This document shows positions 47,281 through 56,534 of a stretch of 64,000 nt of DNA, in pieces; position 1 is the first letter of the stretch, and every line of letters begins with the position of its first letter. The stretch spans positions 5,280,001 through 5,344,000 of the forward strand of contig OZ253462.1 in NCBI GenBank assembly GCA_965261395.1, read 5' to 3'. Under the pieces are notes generated by a model, which had not been told where the DNA came from, searched no databases, and was given only the letters and a program-made list of their open reading frames with translations. Both the position numbers and the translations under genes were made by a program. Source of the stretch: Candidatus Latescibacterota bacterium (GTDB lineage Bacteria; Latescibacterota; UBA2968; UBA8231).

Positions 47281-47300
47281 CGCTCACAGGAGTCTCTTGT

Positions 47301-48302
47301 ATGAACCGTCCCCCCACAGAGTTCAAGCGCATCGCTGCCGCCGACCTCAGATCCTTTGGCACGGCCTGCCTGCGCGCCGCTGGCATGTCTGCCGCCCACG
47401 CCGCGCAGTTGGCCGACCTGCTGACCAATTCGGACTTGCGCGGCGTGCGCTCGCACGGCACTCGCGCCCTGTACGGGTATTGCTGCACGCTCCGCGACAA
47501 AAAGGCCAACCCCGCCCCAGACATCCGCGTCCTGCGCGAAACCGACACCCATGTCTTTGTCGATGGAGATGGCAGCCTCGGGTACGCGCCAACCATGCTG
47601 GCCACAGAACGCGCCATTGCCAAGGCCAAGGAAAAGGGCCTCGCCATCGGCGCGGCCTGCCACATTGGGCATTACGGCTCAGCGGGACACTACGTGCGCC
47701 GCGCCATGGCGGAAAATTGCGTGGGCTTCTCGGTGCAAGCGGCCTATCCCCAGTACTACCCCAGTAACGACGGCAAGCACGCCGCCCACTACGGCAACCC
47801 GCCTTTGTGCTTTGGCCTGCCTGGGCAAGAAGGGCCACCGGTGGTACTCGACGTGGCCACCTGTATCCTCGCCGACTACCAGCGCGGCGAGCAGATCGAA
47901 GCCATTGAAGAGCTGATCCCGGCGGCCTTCTTCAAATCTATGGGCTACACCGCGGTCGCCACCCTGCTCGGCGGAGCCTTTGTCGGCCAAGGCGGTGACC
48001 GCGCCCGCGAGATCGCCGCGCAATGGCCAGCGGCGCGCATGGGCAGCCTAATCCTCGTCCTCGACTTGGGCCTTTTCGCGCCCGCTCCACAAGTGCGCCA
48101 CGGCGTCGATGAGTTGGTGCGCCTAGCGGGCGAGCAGATGATCCCGCTGCGCGGGTACGACGAAGTCACCCTACCCGGCACACCCGAACACCGCAACGAG
48201 GAAGCGTACGCACGCGACGGCGTCCCCATCGGCGTAGAGGACGTCGAGCGCCTAGCCGAGTGCGGCCAAGCCTTTGGCGTTGCGCCCCCGTGGCTGGACT
48301 AA
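47301..48302 (+). CDS. Ldh_2 family oxidoreductase (malate/L-sulfolactate/ureidoglycolate dehydrogenase type)
   Basis: SDLRGVRSHG, VDGDGSLG, HYGSAGHY, GNPPLCF, LDVAT, LPG. Confidence 0.9.
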   Translation: MNRPPTEFKRIAAADLRSFGTACLRAAGMSAAHAAQLADLLTNSDLRGVRSHGTRALYGYCCTLRDKKANPAPDIRVLRETDTHVFVDGDGSLGYAPTMLATERAIAKAKEKGLAIGAACHIGHYGSAGHYVRRAMAENCVGFSVQAAYPQYYPSNDGKHAAHYGNPPLCFGLPGQEGPPVVLDVATCILADYQRGEQIEAIEELIPAAFFKSMGYTAVATLLGGAFVGQGGDRAREIAAQWPAARMGSLILVLDLGLFAPAPQVRHGVDELVRLAGEQMIPLRGYDEVTLPGTPEHRNEEAYARDGVPIGVEDVERLAECGQAFGVAPPWLD

Positions 48303-48349
48303 CACCGTGCCGGTTCCTACCTTAACGAACCGCAAAAAGGAGACATTCT

Positions 48350-49216
48350 ATGAGCCTGACGCGCGCGCGCCACGCCGAGCTCAAGCGCTATGCCATTCAA
48401 TTGCGCCGCCTAGTCGTCGAGTCGGTTCACCACGCTGGGGCCGGCCACTTGGGCGGCCCCATGTCCGCAGCCGAGCTGCTCGTCGCCCTGTACTTTGCCG
48501 AGTTGAACATCGACCCGGCCCGGCCTCGCGATGAAAACCGCGACCGCTTCATCCTGTCCAAGGGGCACTCCTCGATCGGTCTCTACGCGGCCTTGGCCCT
48601 GCGCGGCTACCTGCCCATTGAGGAACTCGCCACCTTTGACGCCATTGACTCCCGCCTACAGGGCCACCCGGACATGAGCGTCCTCCCCGGCCTCGACATG
48701 TCCACCGGCTCGCTGGGCCAGGGCCTGTCGCCCGGCCTCGGCATGGCCCTCGCCGCCCGTCTGAAGGGGCAGGATTTTCGCACTTGGGTGATGATCGGCG
48801 ACGGCGACTCTCAGGAGGGGCAGATCTGGGAGGCGGCCTTTGTCGCGGCGCGCTATGGCCTCGACAATCTCACCGCCATCCTCGACTGGAACGGCCTCCA
48901 GCAATACGGCTGGGCCACTGAAAAAGGCTACGGCGAACTCGACCGCTTGGCAGCACAGGAAAATCCACTCAGCCGCTGGCGTGCCTTTGGCTGGAACACC
49001 ATCGAGACCGACGGCCACGACTTCCACGCCATCTTCTCGGCCTTTGCCGCGGCCAAAGCACACCGCGACCAACCCACCATCATCGTCGCCCGCACGGTCA
49101 AAGGCAAAGGGATATCCTACATGGAAAACGACTTCAACTGGCACTCCAAGCCGGTGACCGACCAAGACCTCAAACAAGCGCAAGACGAACTCGCCGTGCA
49201 GGAGGCCGCGCTGTGA
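48350..49216 (+). CDS. Transketolase N-terminal (TPP-binding) subunit
   Basis: GHLGGPMS, RDRFILSKGH, LQGHP, STGSLGQGL, GDGDSQEGQIWEA, TVKGKG. Confidence 0.95.
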   Translation: MSLTRARHAELKRYAIQLRRLVVESVHHAGAGHLGGPMSAAELLVALYFAELNIDPARPRDENRDRFILSKGHSSIGLYAALALRGYLPIEELATFDAIDSRLQGHPDMSVLPGLDMSTGSLGQGLSPGLGMALAARLKGQDFRTWVMIGDGDSQEGQIWEAAFVAARYGLDNLTAILDWNGLQQYGWATEKGYGELDRLAAQENPLSRWRAFGWNTIETDGHDFHAIFSAFAAAKAHRDQPTIIVARTVKGKGISYMENDFNWHSKPVTDQDLKQAQDELAVQEAAL

Positions 49217-50160
49217 ACCTCTCCACCACCGGCGAGATGCTAGCCCAGCGCGACGCCTTCGGCGACGCACTCATCGAACTCATTGATCGCGACCCGCGCG
49301 TGTACGTGCTAGACGGCGACTTGGCCAATTCGACCAAGGCCGACAAAGTTTCCCGCGAGCGGCCCAACCGCTTCCTCGAAATGGGCATTGCCGAGCAAAA
49401 CATGATGGGGGTCGCCGCCGGCATGACCACCTGCGGCCTCGTGCCGTGGCTGAGCAGCTTCGCCTGCTTCATCGTCAACCGCGATCTCGATCAGCTCCGC
49501 ATCGTCGTCGCCCAGCCCAACCTGCCGGTCAAGCTCTGCGGCGCTTACTCGGGCCTGTTGACTGGCAAAACTGGCAAAACCCATCAAGAAGTCGCCGACA
49601 TCTCCGTCATGCGGGCCATGCCGAATATGACCGTTTTGGCCCCGGCCGACGCCGTAGAAGTCCGCGCCTGTATGCTGGTGGCCAACGATCTGCCCGGCCC
49701 CGTGTACGTGCGCATGACGCGCGACCCAGAGCCGGTCATTTTTTCAGCGGACTACGAGTTTGAGCTGGGCCGCGCCATTGTCGTGCGCGAGGGCGCCGAC
49801 GTCGCCCTCATCTCCACGGGGGCCCAAACCCCGCGCTGCCTCACCGCGGCCGACGAATTGGCGAATGAGGGGATCTCAGCGCTTGTCCTGCACGTGCCGA
49901 CTCTCAAGCCACTCGACGCAGATGCCATTGTCGCCGCCGCCGAGCAGACGGGCCGCGTCGTAACGGCTGAAGACCACACGATCATCGGTGGCTTGGGCGG
50001 CGCGGTCGCCGAAGTGCTAGGCGAGCGGCGTCCCACGCCCATGCGGCGCGTCGGCATCCGCGACGTATTCGGCGAATCCGCACCCAACGAAGACCTGCTG
50101 CGAAAATACGGCCTGACTCCCGGGCACGTCGCGCAGACGGCGCGGGTGCTGCTCTCTTGA
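49213..50160 (+). CDS. Transketolase C-terminal subunit
   Basis: MGIAEQNMMGVAAG, GKTHQ, GPVYVR, EDHTIIGGLG; GTGA overlap. Confidence 0.95.
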   Translation: MNLSTTGEMLAQRDAFGDALIELIDRDPRVYVLDGDLANSTKADKVSRERPNRFLEMGIAEQNMMGVAAGMTTCGLVPWLSSFACFIVNRDLDQLRIVVAQPNLPVKLCGAYSGLLTGKTGKTHQEVADISVMRAMPNMTVLAPADAVEVRACMLVANDLPGPVYVRMTRDPEPVIFSADYEFELGRAIVVREGADVALISTGAQTPRCLTAADELANEGISALVLHVPTLKPLDADAIVAAAEQTGRVVTAEDHTIIGGLGGAVAEVLGERRPTPMRRVGIRDVFGESAPNEDLLRKYGLTPGHVAQTARVLLS

Positions 50161-50298
50161 CCGCCGTATCCAAATGCCCGTAATTAAATATGATTGCACT
50201 ACTGCAACCGATAACCACAAGCTGCTGATGACAAAACATACTGGGTTTACTTGCCACACAGGGTGTTTGTTCACCAGCAAAAGCTCATACGAGCCATT

Positions 50299-50325
50299 AG
50301 AGTGCATCTCAGATGCACTCTTTTT
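50299..50325 (+). terminator. Intrinsic terminator-like hairpin
   Basis: agagtgcatc-tca-gatgcactct followed by T-tract. Confidence 0.75.
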
Positions 50326-50358
50326 CTTTGGCCGGTGCCACAGGAAACGAGAGGCCGC

Positions 50359-51078
50359 ATGAAAGAGGGTTTGCTGCAACTATTGAAGCTCCAAGAAGTC
50401 GATAAAAAGCTCTTCTCGCTCGAAGAGGCCAAAGAAAAATATCCCGCTGAAATCGACCTGCGTCGCAGCAGGATAGCAAAAGCGCGGTCCGGCTTGGCCG
50501 ATCTAGAGGCCCAAAGCGCGGAGTTCGCCAAGCAGCAGCGGCACTGCGAGCGCGAGATCGAAAGCAGCAAAGCCACCCTGCGCGAGCGCGAGGAGCGCTT
50601 TTCCGTAGTAACCACTAACAAGGAATACGATTCTCTCCAACTCGAGATCGAGATCTGCAAAAAGGCCATTGCCGAGCACGAGACGCAGTTGCTCAAAGCC
50701 ATTGAGGGCCTAGAGCGGATTCAAGAGCAGATCGCCGAAGAGCAAGATGCTTTTGAGAAAGTCCGCGAGGTCGAGCAAGAGCGCATTGACGAACTCGAAG
50801 GCCAGCTCGGCACCATGCAGGAACAAATCGACGAAGTCGCAGCGAGCCGCCAGGTGGTCGCCAAGAGCATCGAGGACATTGACGCCCAATTGATGCGGAC
50901 GTACGAGCGCAAAAAGGGGCGGCGCGGCATTCGCGTCGCAGCCGTGCGCAAGGATGCTTGCGGAGCTTGCTTCCACCAGATGCCTGCCCAAATTCACAAC
51001 GAGATCCGCATCGGCGGCCGCGTTATCTACTGCGAAAGCTGTGGCACCATCATGGTCTGGGATGAGCAGTCGGTTTGA
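50359..51078 (+). CDS. Coiled-coil C4 zinc-ribbon protein (CT398/HP0958, zf-RING_7 family)
   Basis: LLKLQEVD, NKEYDSLQLEIE, CGACF...CESCGTI; RBS gagg; upstream of rnpB as commonly seen. Confidence 0.92.
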   Translation: MKEGLLQLLKLQEVDKKLFSLEEAKEKYPAEIDLRRSRIAKARSGLADLEAQSAEFAKQQRHCEREIESSKATLREREERFSVVTTNKEYDSLQLEIEICKKAIAEHETQLLKAIEGLERIQEQIAEEQDAFEKVREVEQERIDELEGQLGTMQEQIDEVAASRQVVAKSIEDIDAQLMRTYERKKGRRGIRVAAVRKDACGACFHQMPAQIHNEIRIGGRVIYCESCGTIMVWDEQSV

Positions 51079-51082
51079 CTTT

Positions 51083-51458
51083 GGGAGGAGTAAGTCGGGC
51101 GGGCGCGCTAGCGGCCCCTAGCGACCGCTGGTGAGGAAAGTCCGAGCTCCACAGGACAGGATGCTGGGTAACACCCAGGGGGGGCAACCCCACAGACAGT
51201 GCCACAGAAAACACACCGCCCAGTTTGCTGGGTAAGGTTGAAAAGGCGAGGTAAGAGCTCACCGCACCTGCGGCGACGCAGGTGGCAGGGTAAACCTCAT
51301 CCGGAGCAAGGCTAAATAGGGGAAAAGAGGTGGTCCGCCTCGCTATATTCCCGGGTAAGCCGCACCGAGGCGGCCGGGCAACCGCCGCCCCAGATGAATG
51401 CCCGCACAGCGCACTTCAGGTGCGTGGACAGAACTCGGCTTATAGACTCACTCCTCCC
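51083..51458 (+). ncRNA. rnpB: RNase P RNA (bacterial type A)
   Basis: GAGGAAAGTCCGAGCTCC, AGTGCCACAGAAA, GGTAAACCTCATCCGGAGCAAG, ACAGAACTCGGCTTATAG; ends gggaggagtaagtc / gactcactcctccc pair as P1. Confidence 0.97.
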
Positions 51459-51509
51459 ACACCCGGGGCCCGGCGGCTCCGGGTGATTTTTCTTTCTTTG
51501 GAGAGCTAT

Positions 51510-52703
51510 ATGTTCCCTCTGATCGCCGCGCTGGTGTTGATTGCCGCGCGGCTTCCCGCCCAACAGCCCGAGCGCTATGCGATCGAGCCTCTGGTCTCGC
51601 AGCTAGCCGAAGGCTATATCGACTGGACGCAACACGCGCTCTTTGCCTATGGCGACGACACCGCGCCCGCGGCTATCTCCAACCCCGTGCAGCAGCGGCT
51701 CCACGGGTTGCGCAATGCCCGGGACGCGGCGTTCCACAGCATGCGCGAACTAATCGGCCAAGTCCGCCTCAACGCTGATACCCAACTGCGAGACGCTGGC
51801 CTCGACCGCGATTTTCAAGACCTCGTCCGCGTGGCCATTGGCTCGCAAAGCGAAGATCAAGGACACTATCGCATCGCCGTGCGGCTACTGCTGCTAGGTG
51901 ATTTCGCGGCGGCGGTGCTGCCCCAAGTTGAGCCTATAGACCCAAGATCATACGATCTGAACCGTTTCGACGACTCCCCCGTAGCGCCAGCTACCGCCGA
52001 TTCGCTTGCAATGCCAGTCATCGCCGACTCTCTCACGACACCAGCTACCACTGATTCCCTCGCAGTGCCAGCTACCGCCGATTCGCTAATGACACCGGCT
52101 ACCACTGATTCCCTTACAATGCCAGTCGTCGACGATTCCCTCGCGACACCCGCTACCGCCGATTCGCTAACGACGCCCGCCACCGCCGATTCCCTCGCGG
52201 CAGACGAACTCGTGTTTTTCGTGCCCGAGGCACCCTACACAGGCCTGCTCGTCGATGTCCGCGGCCTCGGGCTACAACCGAGCATAGCACCGCGAGTGCT
52301 CAGCGGGGATGGGCACGTGATTCACGGCGCAGCTACCGTGGACCGCAGTCTCGCCACGGACTACGGAGTCGCCGGTTACGACGACGACATCGACCGCGCT
52401 TACACCAGCGAACGGCTCGGCGGGGAGGAGGCCAACCCTTTCGTCGTCAAGGCCACGGGCACGGCCGGCCGCTACTCGGGCGACGCCATCCTCGACAACT
52501 TCGATGCCGCACAAGTGCTGCGAGCCGACGAGATCGGCGACTTCTTGCGCCAAGGCCGGGTGACCTTCCTCCTCGGCCCCGAGCCAGCAGCCTTTGATAC
52601 CACCTATGCGGCCTTCGATTCCACCTATACCGATTCTACTTTCATATTAGAAGGAATGGAACATGAGTTTGAGCTTTACCGAGAAATGGAACCAAGCGAC
52701 TAG
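51510..52703 (+). CDS. Secreted hypothetical protein (LPP20-like) with internal Thr/Asp/Ser-rich repeats
   Basis: Signal peptide MFPLIAALVLIAA; GYIDWT, YTGLLVDVRGLGLQPSIAPRV; RBS ggag. Confidence 0.75.
   Translation: MFPLIAALVLIAARLPAQQPERYAIEPLVSQLAEGYIDWTQHALFAYGDDTAPAAISNPVQQRLHGLRNARDAAFHSMRELIGQVRLNADTQLRDAGLDRDFQDLVRVAIGSQSEDQGHYRIAVRLLLLGDFAAAVLPQVEPIDPRSYDLNRFDDSPVAPATADSLAMPVIADSLTTPATTDSLAVPATADSLMTPATTDSLTMPVVDDSLATPATADSLTTPATADSLAADELVFFVPEAPYTGLLVDVRGLGLQPSIAPRVLSGDGHVIHGAATVDRSLATDYGVAGYDDDIDRAYTSERLGGEEANPFVVKATGTAGRYSGDAILDNFDAAQVLRADEIGDFLRQGRVTFLLGPEPAAFDTTYAAFDSTYTDSTFILEGMEHEFELYREMEPSD
51987..52202 (+). repeat. 27-bp in-frame tandem repeat x8 (PxxxDSLxx)
   Basis: PATADSLAM PVIADSLTT PATTDSLAV PATADSLMT PATTDSLTM PVVDDSLAT PATADSLTT PATADSLAA. 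Confidence 0.92.
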
Positions 52704-53478
52704 CCGGAATAACTCGCTGGTCTGCGTCGGGCTAGATACCGATCCCGCTCAGTTACCAGCCAGCGTCCGCGCCAAAGCTGACCCCGTCCTCTACTTCAAT
52801 CAGCAAATCATCGACGCCACCTGCGACCTCGTCTGCTGCTACAAGCCCAACTTCGCTTTCTACAGCGCCCTCGGCGCAGACGGCTTTGCCACGCTCAAAC
52901 GCACCCTCGACCACATCCCCGCGGACATCCCGGTGCTCATCGACGCCAAGGTCGGCGACATGGGCAACACCGCCGAGCAGTACGCCCGCGCCTTCTACGA
53001 GGTCCTCGGCTGCGACGCGCTGACTGTAACTCCCTATTTAGGCCACGACTGCGTCGCGCCCTTCACCGCGTTCAAAGACCGCACCACCTTTCTCGTCTGC
53101 CTGACCTCCAACCCAGGGGCTGACGATTTTCAGAAGGAGCATCTAGGCGACCGGCCCCTGTACGAGCAGGTCGTCGCCAAGGCACACGCTTGGAACGCGG
53201 CCAACAACATTGGACTCGTCGTCGGAGCGACCCAACCAGCCGGCTTGGCCCGCATCCGCGCCCTTGCCCCGGATATGCCCTTGCTCATCCCCGGCATCGG
53301 TGCCCAAAGCGGCGATATTGCAGCGGCGGTCAAAAACGGCTGCGACGCTCGCGGCGCGGGTATCCTCATCAATTCCTCGCGCAGCATCCTCTACGCTTCC
53401 CAAGGCAGCGATTTCGCGGCCGCGGCCCGGCAGGCAACCCTAACCCTGCGCGACGCCATCAACGCCCACCGCCCCTGA
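52663..53478 (+). CDS. pyrF: Orotidine-5'-phosphate decarboxylase
   Basis: LVCVGLD, YKPNFAFY, DAKVGDMGNT, LTSNPG, VGAT, PGIGAQ, SSRSILYA. Confidence 0.97.
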   Translation: MSLSFTEKWNQATSRNNSLVCVGLDTDPAQLPASVRAKADPVLYFNQQIIDATCDLVCCYKPNFAFYSALGADGFATLKRTLDHIPADIPVLIDAKVGDMGNTAEQYARAFYEVLGCDALTVTPYLGHDCVAPFTAFKDRTTFLVCLTSNPGADDFQKEHLGDRPLYEQVVAKAHAWNAANNIGLVVGATQPAGLARIRALAPDMPLLIPGIGAQSGDIAAAVKNGCDARGAGILINSSRSILYASQGSDFAAAARQATLTLRDAINAHRP

Positions 53479-53528
53479 GCGCCGTTATTGCCATTGCGCA
53501 TAGCTATCTCTATTTTTTTCTAACGAGT

Positions 53529-53606
53529 CGGGGTGTGGCGCAGCCCGGTTAGCGCACCTGCTTTGGGAGCAGGATGTCGTCGGTTCGAATCCGACCACCC
53601 CGACCA
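53529..53606 (+). tRNA. tRNA-Pro(TGG)
   Basis: CGGGGTG/CACCCCG acceptor stem, anticodon arm CCTGC-TTTGGGA-GCAGG, GTTCGAAT T-loop, encoded CCA. Confidence 0.97.
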
Positions 53607-53673
53607 CCACTCTCTATAGAACCCCCTTCCCTCGCACAGCGAAATTCGCGGCCCTTCACCGCAAGGATGAATC

Positions 53674-55011
53674 ATGGCACGAGAAATCAAGGCTTTGCTC
53701 GACGAGGAAATCGCTGCTTACGCAGCGCGCAATCCCCGCTCGCAAGCGATGTTTGCGCGGGCCAAGCAATCGCTGCCGGGCGGCAACACCCGCACCGGCG
53801 TCCACATAGATCCTTTTCCCCTATACGCCGACCGCGGCGAGGGGTCCTATCTCTACGACATCGACGGCCACCGCCTGATCGACTTCGTCAACAACAACAC
53901 CGCCCTACCCTTGGGCCACGCCCATCCCGCCATCGTCGCCGCCCTACAGGAACAAATCGTCCGTGGCACCGGGTTTTCGCGGCCCCTCGCCCTCGAAGTG
54001 GAGATGGCCGAACTGCTCCGCACGCGCATGCCCGTGCTGGAGAAAGTGCGCTTTTGCTCCTCGGGCACCGAAGCCGTGCTCAACGCCCTGCGCGTGGCGC
54101 GGGCGCATACCGGACGCACCAAGATCGCCAAGTTCGAGGGGGCCTATCACGGGATAGACGACAGCGCGCTGGTGAGTTATTTGCCGCCGCTGGGGCCGGA
54201 ACTGGGGCCGGCCAGCAAGCCGCAGGGCGTGGCCTCGTCGGCCGGGCTGATGGCCCGTACCCTCGACGAGGTGGTCGTGCTGCCGTTCAACGACACAGCG
54301 GCCTGCGCCGAGATCATCGGCGACTACGCCCACGAGCTAGCAGCCGTAATCGTAGATCCGCTTTCCACGGCCGCCGGGCTGGCGCTGCCAGAAGCCGGCT
54401 TTTTGTCGAGCCTGCGCGACGCCACCACCCGCGCCGGTGCCCTGCTGATCTTCGACGAAATCGTCAGCTTCCGCTTCGGCCCGGGCGGGACGCACACAGC
54501 CTATCAAGTGCGGCCCGATCTGGTCTGTTTGGGCAAGGTAATCGCCGGTGGGACGCCCGGCGCAGCTTTCGGCGGCCGTGCCGACGCCATGAGCCTATAC
54601 GACCCAGCCGACGGACCGCAGATCCAACAATCCGGGACCTTCAACGCTAACCCCATCGCCCTAGCCGCTGGCTTGCAGACCCTCCAGGCGCTGACCCCCG
54701 AGGCTTACGAGCAGATGGAAGGGCTGGCGCAACGGGCGGCAGAGGGGTTGCAGGCTGCGTTTGGCGAGGTCGGAATCGCCGTGCAGGTGGTCGTGGCCGG
54801 ATCCATATTTCGGCTGTATTTCCTCGAACAGCCACCGCGCAATTTCCGCCAAGCAGCGCAAGACGACGCGCAGATGCACCGCTGGTTGTTCTTCGCCCTG
54901 CTCAACAAGGGGCTGTACACGCGAACGGGCGGCAACGCATCGCTGGCGACCGAGACCCACCACATCGACGCGCTGGTGCAGGGGGTGCGCGAGGTGGTAC
55001 AAGTACTCTAA
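53674..55011 (+). CDS. Class-III PLP aminotransferase (glutamate-1-semialdehyde aminomutase-like)
   Basis: LPGGNTR, SSGTEA, KFEGAYHG, LIFDEIVSFR, LGKVIAGG, SGTFNANP. Confidence 0.9.
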   Translation: MAREIKALLDEEIAAYAARNPRSQAMFARAKQSLPGGNTRTGVHIDPFPLYADRGEGSYLYDIDGHRLIDFVNNNTALPLGHAHPAIVAALQEQIVRGTGFSRPLALEVEMAELLRTRMPVLEKVRFCSSGTEAVLNALRVARAHTGRTKIAKFEGAYHGIDDSALVSYLPPLGPELGPASKPQGVASSAGLMARTLDEVVVLPFNDTAACAEIIGDYAHELAAVIVDPLSTAAGLALPEAGFLSSLRDATTRAGALLIFDEIVSFRFGPGGTHTAYQVRPDLVCLGKVIAGGTPGAAFGGRADAMSLYDPADGPQIQQSGTFNANPIALAAGLQTLQALTPEAYEQMEGLAQRAAEGLQAAFGEVGIAVQVVVAGSIFRLYFLEQPPRNFRQAAQDDAQMHRWLFFALLNKGLYTRTGGNASLATETHHIDALVQGVREVVQVL

Positions 55012-55019
55012 CATCCCGC

Positions 55020-55376
55020 ATGACGGCTAGCGCATGGCAGCGCACACTCCTGTGGAGCCTGTCCCTGAGCATGGTTTGCTGCGGCGGTTGGGGCCGCCGG
55101 CCCCCGCCAGCAGAGCCGCCAACTACGACCACGGCAACAGCCCACTACGCCAACTTCTGTGCCGACTGCCACGGCGTGAATATGGACGGGGGCATGGCTA
55201 GCAGCCTAATCGACGGCCGCTGGGATTACGGCGCAAGCGACGCGGCTATCTTCGCGAGCATTGCCGTGGGGATTCCCGAGGACGGCATGCCCGGGTTTGG
55301 CGCGGTGATGGACGCAGCCCAAATCGACGTGCTGGTCGCCCTGATGCGGGCGGTCGAGCGCAAACAATCCCCTTAG
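55020..55376 (+). CDS. Monoheme cytochrome c
   Basis: CADCH heme motif and distal GMPGF Met ligand. Confidence 0.88.
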   Translation: MTASAWQRTLLWSLSLSMVCCGGWGRRPPPAEPPTTTTATAHYANFCADCHGVNMDGGMASSLIDGRWDYGASDAAIFASIAVGIPEDGMPGFGAVMDAAQIDVLVALMRAVERKQSP

Positions 55377-55380
55377 AAAG

Positions 55381-56520
55381 GTGTCTGCTATGAGCTATAT
55401 GGCGCGATTGGCGCTTTGTGTCCTGATCGCCGTGGGTAGTGCTGGAGCCGAGGAGGTCGTCGAGTCCGAGGAACACGCCTTCCGCGTCGAGACCTTTGTC
55501 ACGGGCTTGGAGGTGCCGTGGGGCATGGCGTTTTTGCCCGACGGTCGTCTGCTCGTAACCGAGCAGGAAGGGAACCTGCGCATCGTGGCACAGGACGGTG
55601 CGGTCTCTGCACCGATTGCAGGTGTGCCGGCCGTATACCCCAGAGGGCAGGGGGGATTGATGGATGTGGTGCTGCACCCGCAATACGCCGACCAGGGTTG
55701 GATATATCTGAGTTATTCCGAACCCCTGCGGGGGCCGATAGGCGGCACCTTGGGACATACGGTCATCGCCCGCGGGCAATTGCAGGAAGGGCGGCTGGCC
55801 GATGTGGAGATCGTGTACCGCGTCCCGGAGCAATTCTACACTCCGCACTCTCACCACTATGGCTCGCGCATCGTCTTCGACCGCGCCGGCTTCCTGTACT
55901 TTGCGATCGGCGACCGCGGCCAGCGGCCCTTGGCCCAGAACGTGGAGTGGCCCAACGGCAAAATCCACCGCTTGCACGACGATGGTGCCGTGCCAGCAGA
56001 CAATCCCTTCGTCGGGCAAGAGGACGCCATTGAGTCGATTTGGTCCTACGGCCACCGCAACCCCCAGGGGATGGCCCTGCACCCAGAGACCGACCAACTG
56101 TGGGCGGCCGAGCACGGCCCCAAAGGCGGCGACGAACTCAACCACGTACGCCGCGGCCTAAACTACGGCTGGCCGGCGATTACCTATGGCATCAACTACG
56201 ACGGCACGCCCATTACCGACCAAACCCACGCCGACGGCATGGAGCAGCCGCAGACCTATTGGGTGCCGTCGATAGCGGTCTGCGGCATTGACTTTTACAC
56301 CGGCGAGCGCTTCGGCAACTGGCAAAACGACCTGCTGGTGACCTCGCTGCGCTTCAACCGCCTGCACCGGCTGCGATTGGCGGGCACAGAAGTGGTACAC
56401 GAGGAGATCGTGTACCAAGGCCAGTCGCGGATGCGCGACGTGCAGACCGGGCCGGACGGCGCGATCTACCTCGCGGTGGAAGACCCAGGGCGGATTTTGC
56501 GACTGGTGCCCGCAGAGTGA
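55381..56520 (+). CDS. PQQ-dependent soluble sugar dehydrogenase (GSDH/YliI family)
   Basis: PWGMAFLPDG, GQGGLMDV, HYGSRI, SYGHRNPQG, EHGPKGGDELN, NYGWP, RMRDV. Confidence 0.93.
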   Translation: MSAMSYMARLALCVLIAVGSAGAEEVVESEEHAFRVETFVTGLEVPWGMAFLPDGRLLVTEQEGNLRIVAQDGAVSAPIAGVPAVYPRGQGGLMDVVLHPQYADQGWIYLSYSEPLRGPIGGTLGHTVIARGQLQEGRLADVEIVYRVPEQFYTPHSHHYGSRIVFDRAGFLYFAIGDRGQRPLAQNVEWPNGKIHRLHDDGAVPADNPFVGQEDAIESIWSYGHRNPQGMALHPETDQLWAAEHGPKGGDELNHVRRGLNYGWPAITYGINYDGTPITDQTHADGMEQPQTYWVPSIAVCGIDFYTGERFGNWQNDLLVTSLRFNRLHRLRLAGTEVVHEEIVYQGQSRMRDVQTGPDGAIYLAVEDPGRILRLVPAE

Positions 56521-56534
56521 AACGGGGAACCAAT

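Noticed and set aside
50195-50240. Fluoride riboswitch or hammerhead suggested by GCTGATGAC
   Set aside because: The required 5' GATGG..TCRCC stem or downstream GAAA core is not present
51330-51509. 5' extension of the 457-aa ORF
   Set aside because: Overlaps RNase P RNA; signal peptide begins at 51510
1219-52202. CRISPR array (repeats at 1219, 1592/3517, 51987)
   Set aside because: Repeats are in-frame coding tandems or only two copies 1.9 kb apart; no spacers and no cas genes
53574-54650. 358-aa plus-strand ORF
   Set aside because: Starts inside tRNA-Pro and is an out-of-frame shadow of the aminotransferase
53674-55011. Naming this gene hemL
   Set aside because: Family motifs fit, but PGGNTR and the context differ from canonical HemL (PGGVNSP); substrate uncertain
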